Both the position numbers and the translations under genes were made by a program. From Antedon mediterranea (Eukaryota > Animalia > Echinodermata), in contig NC_092670.1 of assembly GCF_964355755.1 (NCBI RefSeq), positions 11,456,795 to 11,520,794 of the forward strand: a stretch of 64,000 nt of DNA, written 5' to 3'. The notes under the pieces are model-generated. The model was given only the letters and a program-made list of their open reading frames with translations, searched no databases and had not been told where the DNA came from. How positions within the stretch are numbered: the first letter of the stretch is position 1; the number at the start of each line of letters is the position of its first letter. Below, piece by piece: positions 51,854-62,500 of the stretch.

Positions 51854-51912
51854 TGCCGTGACCGGGTTTTTGCGGCCACAACGCGAAGTACTAACCGCTA
51901 TACTATCACGGC
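51854..51912 (-). pseudogene. tRNA-His pseudogene
   Basis: 13-nt deletion removing the T arm. Confidence 0.75.
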
Positions 51913-52110
51913 GAGCTACGTAGGACAGATGTAAGGATATTAATATTTTACATAATTGTACCAAAAAAAATGGTTATATAAATCGTTTACGATCAAGTTT
52001 GTCAAATGGGGTAATTTAGTCAATTATTAAAAAATCGAAATGCATTTTACGTTAAAATAATCTATATTATATGCTCACCATTGTTGTTCACCATGTGTCC
52101 TACGTAGCTC

Positions 52111-52182
52111 GCCGTGATCGTATAGTGGTTAGTACATTGCGTTGTGGCCGCAATAACCCAGGTTCGAATCCTGGTCACGGCA
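52111..52182 (+). tRNA. tRNA-His(GTG)
   Basis: Canonical copy; last gene before the Helentron junction. Confidence 0.95.
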
Positions 52183-54083
52183 TTGATAAAACAATGTCAC
52201 GGCAATGGGATTATTTTATTTTTACCACAATGAATGCAATTTTGTTATTTTTACGCATTAAGGAGTACATTTTTGTAGAAAGGTCCAAAATAAACTAGAT
52301 TTGAACTCGTCACTACGGACGAGTTAGGTTATCCGCATCGCAAAAGCCACTCGCACGCCACACGTCAGAATATTGCGCGCAGAAAAACGATTATGCCATT
52401 GAAAAAAAATTTAGCGCGCTCTCTATTTTGCGTCACGTATAAGTATATACGGTATACGCTATATACTGTATAGGTACAACATACAGTGCAGAATAGGTGA
52501 AAATAAGTGACCAAAGTTACTGACGCTTTTGCACATGATGACGTCATAACAATTTCAAAAAATGGTAAATCATGCGAAAGATAATTGATTGACCTAGACA
52601 ATACAAAAAAAATGGAAGGCAATGGAATACGGATAAGTGGAGATGCGCTCTATTAAATGTGACGAGCTATGACGAAAGAGACAAAAATCCTATATTTTAT
52701 ATCCGAGTGGCCATACGATGACGTTAAAATGTCCGGTTAGCCATATCGATGCATGATCCGATATTTACAACTCATCATCTTCCAGAATATGTCATCCACA
52801 AAAAGTTGACCGTGTAGTTTAGAATTTATGACTGTTTAAAAAGAAGCATAATTTTGACGAATTTTTTAACTTTTTTATCAAAAACGCGCGCAAATTGTCA
52901 AATTCTACGTGCTCGTATGACGTGATATTAAGTCGAAATTGTTTTAAAATTGGTAAAATTACTAGAAAAGGCTGGAAAAACAACAATAACGCTACATGCG
53001 CACGCGCGCGTAAAAATGCGCGCGCGTGGGAATTTTTATATGTTTAAAATGACATGAAACGCGTAGAAAATTGATTAGAAATTGATTTTTCGCGTTTTTA
53101 GATTTTAAACGCACGTGCGCGCGTAACTTCGCGTGAAACATGCCATTTTTCCATAGTCAGTTAGCGCAAGATATAAATTAAACTTTAAATTGTTATATGG
53201 TTTTCGATCTATGTTAAATTCGCGAATTTCGTAAAAACGCGCGTAAGTCATGTTACGCAACTCTGAAGTCATTTAAAAATAGGAGGTGCACAACTTCACG
53301 TAAATGCCCATATGCTGTCAAAGTTATGAAATGTTATGTTTACACGTTTTAGAGATACGCGATGCACAACTAATTTCCGTTATTCGTTACATATTGGTAA
53401 TTTTGGCGAGGATTGCATGCCATACTTCATGTGTTGATAACTCCATGTTGGTTGGTTTGTACAGAGTCGTTCTGATACAAGATACAAGAAAACTTTATTA
53501 ATAACTTTGATAATACTGTATTACAAATACTATTTTATATATAAAGAATATTAAGAAATAACAAACTTGATAACAAACTCAAGTTTGTTTAGAAATAGGT
53601 AAGAAATTATGTGGATTGTTTAATTTGTAGTTGTTTTGTAATTTCTACTTACCCTCTAGGCTAGCTAGGCCTAATATGATTGATATAGAGGCATGTGTTT
53701 AGTGTGCTATACACCATACGGGAAGGCTGTAGTTTGAGAGATGACAAACGTCGTGAAGTTTTTCTGCCCGATGGCTTCCGGAGCAGCACGACAATCGTGT
53801 ATGGCCTGATGTGTATGTTAAATATGAACTACACAGTGTACCTAGGCCTAGCCTGTTTTTAGTAGGACTAAACGGTGCTAGTTTCCTTTTGCACCTTGGA
53901 TATATATATTAACTTTAGTTTTTAGTTTATAAGTTCTTAATTAAAGAGAAGAAACAACGACTCGTTGAATGAGCTTACAATTAATAATTATAGCATGTTG
54001 TAGGTCAGTCTAGTAGTCCTAGTAGTAGTGTAGGTCAGCGTAGTTCCCTTTCGCACCTGTCTTATCTCATTGTTACAAATGTT

Positions 54084-54772
54084 GGCGCTAGTTCCGTTTC
54101 GCACCTGTCATATATTTCGACTCAAAATTTGTTTAGGCCTAGTAACTTTATCGTGAGTACCACAACTTAGAATTAGGCCGCAAAAATACTGTTGGCGCTA
54201 GTTCCGTTTCGCACCTGTCATATATTTCGACTCAAAATTTGTTTAGGCCTAGTAACTTTATCGTGAGTACCACAACTTAGAATTAGGCCGCAAAAATACT
54301 TTTACGAAGAAGATCACACAAAAAGTAACAAATACATTTTTTTAATTGATGAATTTACAGACGTGCTTATCGCACATCGATTAGTGAATTTTGTGTTCAA
54401 TGTTGTTGTTTCTATGGAGCGCCAAAAGAGCAATCATAATAGAGAGCTGAAAACTCAATTATTATAATGCGTATATTTAATGCATTTATTAGTGAAAATT
54501 ACGTTCAATTTTAATATATTTTGCCAATGTCAATTGGCGCTCCATAGACACAACAACATTGAACATGGCGTAGGCCTATGCGAAATTCACGAACCGATGT
54601 GCGAGAAACACGTCTGTAAATTCATCAATTTAAAGGATTTATTTTTTACTTTTTGTGTGATCTCCTTCATAAAAGTATTTGAGGCCTAATTCTAAGGTGT
54701 GGTACTCACGATAAAGTTACTAAACAAATTTTGAATCGAAATAAATGACAGGTGCGAAACAGAACTAGCGCC
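54084..54772. mobile_element. Foldback MITE with ~235-bp imperfect TIRs and 8-bp TSD, plus a 110-bp tandem duplication of its left end
   Basis: CAAATGTT|GGCGCTAGTTC ... GAACTAGCGCC|CAAATGTT; 54081-54190 repeated at 54191-54300. Confidence 0.75.
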
Positions 54773-54958
54773 CAAATGTTGATTTTTGATTTTTATAATA
54801 TATTTTATAGAATATATTTTTGTCTTGTAGCTGTTGGAAGAGATAAACAATAGTGTAATAACATTGTTTTTACTTCATAATCTCTAGAATATCGTAAGTA
54901 GTGTACATAAATTAAAATAAATAATTTGTAGAGATGATTAATGGCCTCATGATTGGGA

Positions 54959-55489
54959 GTGAACTGTTGCCTTTTATTTTTTAGGCATTATTTTCTATTA
55001 TGAAACATTTACATAATTCAGATTTTATTGTTTGTGATTAAAATATTAAATGAAATTAGCATTGAGACCACATGTAATCAGCCGGCCCATACCCAAAGTC
55101 ATTTTGAGGAAATTTCTTAATTTTTCAGACATTGATTAAGAAGCATGTTGATTTGGAAAAAGTTTTTATGTTGTTTATTGCCATTATTAATGTTTTTACT
55201 TGTATTTTTTAGATTGTAGAAAATATAGGCCTACAGTGTCAGCTACAGCTGTGAGTATTAGTAGATTATCTGTTAAACGGAGAAAACATATTTTCCTTAC
55301 TTTGTGAACTGTTGCCTGTTATTTTGTAGGCATTTTCTATTATGAAACATTTACATAATTCAGATTTTATTGTTTGTGAATATTAAATGAAATTAGCATT
55401 GAGACTACATGTAGGCCCTAATCAGCCGTCTCATACCCAAAGTCATTTTGAGGAAATTTATTAATTTTTCAGACATTGATTAAGAAGCA
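54959..55489. repeat. ~185-bp direct duplication
   Basis: gtgaactgttgcct ... attgattaagaagca at ~54959-55145 and ~55304-55489. Confidence 0.7.
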
Positions 55490-56059
55490 ATTACACCCCT
55501 TGATACAGTTAATATCAAGATGTGATAAAACAAATACATTACAAATTGTTAAAAATGCAAAATAAAGTTTACATCATTTAAAATCGGTAAAATCTACTAC
55601 AGGTACCATGAAATGTGTTATACAGTATTTTGTGTATTATGAGTCACGTGTGCTGCCGATTAATCATTATTCATTTTACATGATACCTATGACAGGGCCT
55701 TATTAAAAAAAATACATTAGTTTTTGTAGTTTATTTTAACCTATAAAAAAAATTGGGTTATGTAAAAGATACCAACTAGAATCATATAGTTTGGACTACA
55801 TTATTTTCAAGTTATGACTCACAACATAGTATGTTTCTTTGATCTATCATCTTTAACGACTAATGAGTTTAATTAAGCGATTAAATCGCACAAAGATTGT
55901 GAAGTGAATGATTATATCATGAGTATTACAATTATGCTGCTTGAGCATGCCTACTAATACTATGCAAGAATTTTCTCTTATAAGTCATGGGGTAGAGAAA
56001 AAATATATATAACATTATTAATAATTTTTCTTTCTCTTTTATTGCAGAGTTTTGAAGAA

Positions 56060-56139
56060 TTAATCCGCTGGGTCTCAGAAGAGACCCGGATCTCCGAAAG
56101 AGATCCTGCTCTCCGAAAGAGAGTACCAACGAGGATTAA
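56060..56139 (+). other. Three abutting hairpins inside a closing stem (structured element upstream of the RepHel ORF)
   Basis: TTAATCC ... GGGTCTC-AGAA-GAGACCC, GGATCTC-CGAAA-GAGATCC, TGCTCTC-CGAAA-GAGAGTA ... GGATTAA. Confidence 0.6.
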
Positions 56140-56521
56140 CCGATTATAAGTATTCCAAATCAGCAACAACGAAAGCAAATTTAAAGCAAAATCTCCACTG
56201 GATGAATTATTTTAAGCAAAATCTCCACTGGATGAATAAAACGAAATCTCAAATCTTTTTATAGACAGCAGTCTATTATCTATCTATCTATCTAAATCTA
56301 TCTATCTTTCTATTATCTATAGAAACTTTATCAAGGCTTTTGCAGAACCAAAAAAGTTAGGCGTAGTGAATATAAACATTAGTTGTCTCGAAACACAATT
56401 TGGAAAGATAAATATAAGTTTAGCAGGAAAAAAAACATATTTGTATAAAGTAATTACGAAGTAGAATACATCAATTGTATAGAATTTGAAAACAATTTCT
56501 GGATTTGATTAACCATACATA

Positions 56522-59500
56522 ATGGATACACTATTAATAACCTTTATTATTGGTATGTTGTTTTTAATGTTCTTCTTAATGTTATGGTGCTTTTTTAAGA
56601 ATAATAAAGAAAATACAAATAAAGAGTACAATAATGTCAATACAGCTGGTAATGTTGATAGTGGTATTATAGATACAACAGAATTTGAAACAGTCATTGA
56701 TGAAATCTTGGACCTACTTGACCAATGTTGCTTATCTAAGAATGTCAAAGACATGAGCACTATAAAACTGGAAAATGATGATACATGTAATGTCGATTGT
56801 GAAGTTATCAAAGATACAACGGAATTTAAAGAAATAATTGATGATATCATAAACATATTATCTTATGGTACAGAGGTCGCTTCAGAGTTTGATGATACAT
56901 GCGATTTGTGTAGTATTGAAGTGAAAGCAGACGACAATTGCATAACATGTGACTGTTGTAGTCAATATTTTCATGTGAAATGTGTAAGAGATGTTTTTGA
57001 AGACAAACTATGTGATTCCAGAGTAATTTGGATTTGTTCAATGTGTGGGTATAGTAATTTTGTTGATAACATATTGGGTGAAATAGGTATTCCCTGTCAT
57101 TTCAATAGATATACGATTCTAGAAACTGATGAATCTGTCACTGCAGACTTAACGAAAAATAAGGAAAAACGTAATAATGCCAAATTAAAAAAATGTCAAC
57201 AAACAGGAAGTGAAGATTTACTTGGTAATGATTGGATAAGGGTCAGATCAAAGAAAAGAACCGACAACAGAAAAAAAAGATGTAAAAATAGAGGAAATAA
57301 GAAAAGGAGAAAGCGCGTTATAAATGGTATAAGTATAGAACCAGGTGTAAAATATATCGGCAAAGGTGTAAAAGATTTCTATGAAAGACGAAATAATAAC
57401 AAAATGGAATGGAACATGAATACAAGTACTTATAGAGAATACAAGGAAAATGACGAAACGAATGGTAAGCCTATGTGTGATGTTTTGAAAAATACAAAGG
57501 TAACAAACGGAATACAACAACAATCAGGTGGTGGTTCGAAACGAAATAGCAAGGGTCGTTTTGTCAAAAGTAAGAAGATTGATAACAAAGAATCACAAGA
57601 TAATATGAACCTGAATTTAAAACACCACAAGAATGATTGCGATACTATGGAACGGATTGGCGAAGATATTATTTTAAAGAAAGGTAAAAATGACAATTCA
57701 GAAATGAAAACTGATGACGACTTTAAAATGAAATGTACTGAAGAAAACGACAACACAGCGACTGACGATGTGAAATCACAAAATAGTAGCAAAATGAATG
57801 ACAGAACTAATAGATTTGATAGTAATGTTACAGATCATAAAAATCAAACATGTGCAAGTTGTGAATTTGACGAAAACGAAGTATCGATAATTGATGACGG
57901 ATCTAAAAAAGCAGTGACTGAAAAAATTAGGTCCCATACTAAACCTAAATGTGACCAACATGCTATCGATGTGGATATTGAAGTTTTAACAAAAAATAAT
58001 TTTTCGGAAGAATTGATAATCGATGAGAGATCAAAACAAAAGAATGCACCAATAAGGCAGAATACACAATCAATAAATGAATTACAACTATATAATAGTA
58101 ATGATAATAATATAACTGTAGCACAGGGTAGTTTTAATCAAGGGAATTATAGATTTGGCTTTGCAGGTGGTAAACAGTGTGTTGCAAATAGTCTTGTAGC
58201 TATTCTTTATTCTACAAAGATGAATGGAAATGAATTTTACACCAAAGACCTTGATACAATATTGACTCTTGGAAATGAGTTGTACCGTTACATTCAAAAA
58301 GATTCCACTATGCACGAGGACCTTTTGATGATTTCTGAACTGCCGAAAGAATTGGATATCTTGGATAACACATTTGTAATATCTCCAAAAGAATCAGTTT
58401 TTGGCATAATAGATGGGAATCTCGAATTTATGGCTGAATATGGAGCCTTGTCATTAAAGCAAGCTCTTGAACAAGAATTAAACCAACATGATGCATTTTT
58501 TATGAATTTTAACAGAAGCACATTTTCTATTATTAAACGTGTAAATGGTTTCCTTATATTTGATCCACATGCAAGAGATCGATTTGGTTGTGTTAGTGAG
58601 CATGGAAAGAGTATTTTACTTTACAGTCCATCTTGGCAAGGTGTGTACGACTATTGTATAAGATTAGCAAGGTCAATGAACTGTAATTTACATGACACCG
58701 AGTTTGAACTGACTGGTGTAAATATTGAAAATAAGTCTATGATGTTATGTTCCGCTTCTGTGCTTGATGATAATTGTGAACAAAGAAACTTGGGAAACGT
58801 CGATGTTGATGAACCTAGTACGTCTTATCAGTATAAATGTAGTACAAGATTACCAGACAAGAATATTGATTCTAACGTTAAAGGCCAAAAACATAATGAC
58901 TCATCAACTAATGGATGGCAAAATGATAATGATATTGAAATTGTTAATGTTCAGTATGGAAAAAAACCTGACGAGAATTTTAAATTTGTCCCGATCTTAG
59001 AAGAACAAAAGAAAAACATGTGTAATAAATTAGGCATTCATTGTGAACATACCGATATGAATTGTGGTATTAACAGAGCTAGTCAGATTGGACATCCTCT
59101 TCAAATTACAAATATTACAGGTGATGGTAATTGTTTTTATCGTGCAATTTCATACGTTATTTCTGGGACTGAAGATAATCATTTACTTTTAAGAAGAGCA
59201 ATTACTAATCATTTATTGGAAACTGATGACTTATTTATTAATACATTTAGTCACGAATATAGATCAGTTAAGGAATATGTGTTTAAAAAAAGAGTAATGG
59301 ATAATGGAACGTGGGCATCCAATACTGAAATAGGTGCAATGGCAAACTTGCTTAATACAGATATTTATTCATTTAATGATCAACTTTTGACGTGGCAATT
59401 GTTTTCTGCTAAAAAGCCGGGAAGAATAGATGATGTTACAACTGACAATGGTATATATATTTTGTACACCATGAATGTGCATTTTAATGTAGTGGAATCT

Positions 59501-62500
59501 GTAAATGTCAGTCAAAATAATTTTCAAGAAACAACAGGACAACTTGATATGGATGTGACATCCCAAAAGAATTATACAACAAAGAAACGAAAGCAAATGA
59601 GAAAAGAATGTCACACATTTGAAGACAAAGAACCAAAACACAAAAGGAGTAAAACTGTTGAGGGACCTTGTTCTGGAAATGAAGTAAAAACATTGAGAAG
59701 GAAAAGAAAAATATCTTATGAAAATAGAAAGCAAAAAGAAAAGAATCGTCAGAGAATGAAAAGAAGAAGAGAAGAAAAAGATAATTCAATAGAAAAAAAT
59801 GAAAATAGAAACAAATATCAAATTGATCCTGCATACAGAGAAGAAAAGAAACGTAAAGTAAAGGAGGCACAACAAATAAGATATGCTGATGATGATTATA
59901 AATTCCAAAAAAGGAAGGAAAACAGAAAAAGACAACACAAAATGTATAGATGTGAACCTGAATATAATGTTAAGGTACGAAATAAAGCTAAACATAACTA
60001 CAATATTGATTTGGATTACCGAACAACCAAAAAAGAAACAGTGAAGAATAGATACAACAATGATACAATGTTTAGACATAAAACTATACAAAATAATAAA
60101 CAAAGAAATCAGGAAAGGTATCACAATGATACACAATTTCGAAAAAATTTGAAGCAAAATTTAGCACAGAAGTATTGTACTAATTCACAATTCAGAGAAA
60201 ACATTACCCAAAAATTGACAGAGAAGTATCAAAGTAATTTTAAATTTAGGCAAAACTGTAAAGAAAAATTTGTTAAAAAGTATCGGACTAATTTGAAATT
60301 TAGACAAAAATGGAAAGACAAACTGGCAGAAAAGTATCGGAGTAATTTGAAATTTAGACAAAACTGTAAAGAAAAATTGGCTGAAAAGTATCAGAGTAAT
60401 TTGAAATTTAGACAAAACTTTAAAGACAAACTGGTAGAAAAGTATCGGAGTAATTTAAAATTTAGAAGAAAATGCAAAGACAAATTGGCAGAAAAGTATC
60501 GGAGTAATTTGAAATTTAGACAAAAATGCAAAGACAAATTGGCAGAAAAGTATCGGAGTAATTTGGAATTTAGACAAAACTGTAAGCAGAAATTGGCAGA
60601 GAAATATCGAGAGAATTCAAAATTTCGTCAAAGATGTAAGAAAAGATTTACAGAAAAGTATCATGGTGATGAAGGGTTCCGGAAAAAAATCATGAAGAAA
60701 AATATAAAAAATCGGAAAAAAATCAAAACAGAAAACACTAATTTTAATATTGTTTTAGAAAACTTCAAGAAAACAGTTTCTCGTGGTCCTGAAAATGTTT
60801 GTTGCGTATGCTTTAAATTGTTATTCAAAGATCAAGTTATGAAGTGCATCAAACCTAAATACAAAAATCAGGCTTGTATAAATGAAAAGTATTTGCATAT
60901 TTGCAATAATGAATGTAATAAACCTTGTCAATTTGTCGAGTCACCAAGGTGTCATTTATGGATTTGTTTCACATGCCACAGGAAAATGCTAAAAGGGAAA
61001 GTTCCTGCAGAAGCTAATTCAAACAATTTACAACTATATGATATTCCTCCTGAGCTCAGGTGTTTAAATAATTTAGAGCAGCATTTGATTGGATTAAACA
61101 TTCCTTTTATGAAATTAATGAATTTACCGAAAGGTGGACAGCATGGAATACATGGACCAGTCGTATGTGTACCATCAAATACTATTGAAACTGTAAAAAT
61201 GCTGCCTAGACCACAGGTTGATGATCAATTAATATCCGTAAAATTGAAGCGAAAGTTGTCTTACAAAGGTTATTACAAATATAAATTTGTTAACACTGCT
61301 AATGTTATTCAAGCTCTTAGATATTTACAAGACCATAACAAGTGCTATTTTGATATAGCTATTAATGAAGAATGGCATAATTATTTATCTGAAGAAAACA
61401 TCGAAAATGCAAATAATAATGTACATGAAAATCACACATGTGTAGAAAACAATGAAGAAGAAGAGGAAGAAGTAGAAGACCGATTGTGTGGTGCTATCTT
61501 TGATACAAGTTTCCAACCTGTTGACAGGCGACAAAATCTGGTTGATGAATATTTTAATGACATAATTTGTTGTGCACCGTGTGAAAATAATAGCCCTATT
61601 GCATTATTAAGTAATAAAAGCAATGAAGCAAAATCATTTCCAGTGTTATTTCCAACAGGACAACCAACATTCCATGATACGAGAGATGTTAAAATAACAC
61701 TTGGACGTTATTTTCACAATAGATTAATGCATATAGATAACAGGTTTGCACAAAATACAGAATTCATATTTTATGCTCAATCTTTATATGAACTTCAACA
61801 AATTTTATCAAGTATTTCCATTGCATTGCGAAAAGGGTCAAGTAAAAAAGATGATTTTAGCAAAGTTACTGTATCCGATTTAAAAAATGTTACCAAAATT
61901 CAGGAGATTTTAAAATCTGATAGGGGTTATAAATTTCTAAAACAAATTCGTGGAACTCCACCGTACTGGCAAGCTACACAAAAAGATATAATAGCAATGG
62001 TTAGACAGATTGGAAAACCAACATTCTTTCTTTCATTCTCAAGTGCTGATTTCCGTTGGAAAGAAATAATGACGACATTGCTAAGTCAGTCTGGAGACCA
62101 AAGAAACATTGAAGAATTAGAATGGGCAGATAAATGTAATTTGTTGAAATCAAATCCAGTGACTGTTGCCAGAATGTTTGATAAACGCTTTCATACTTTT
62201 TTGAAAAATGTAATTTTGTCTGAAGCACAGCCTATTGGTAAAGTCGTAGATTATTTTTACCGAATTGAATTTCAAATGAGAGGAAGTCCACATGTTCATA
62301 TGTTAGTATGGGTTGAAAATGCTCCTATTTTTGGTACAGATAAAGATAATGAAGTTATTAATTTTGTCGATAAATATATTTCTTGTGCTGTGCCATGTGA
62401 AACTGTAGATCCTGAACTGAATGAAATTGTTAAAAGTGTGCAAATTCACAGTAAAAGACATTCTAAATCATGTAAAAAAAAGGGAACAAATTGCAGATTT

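Larger units (their letters stand above)
44715..52294. repeat. Tandem tRNA-His/tRNA-Trp gene array, ~1.57 kb unit, about 4.5 units
   Basis: Equivalent Trp slots at 45258, 46898, 48475, 50047, 51619 (spacings 1640, 1577, 1572, 1572); spacers near-identical between units. Confidence 0.95.

Noticed and set aside
44715-52294. CRISPR-like repeat-spacer appearance
   Set aside because: The repeats are 72-nt tRNAs, the spacers are themselves repeated, the context is eukaryotic and there are no cas genes.
44723-52298. Repeated ORFs (..RRDRIVVSTLRCGRNNPGSNPGHG..) in the ORF track
   Set aside because: They are translations through tRNA-His genes and spacers, not proteins.
56170-56250. Possible hammerhead ribozyme (CTGGATGA..GAAA)
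   Set aside because: The core is not CUGANGA and the stems are missing; it is a ~30-bp tandem duplicate.
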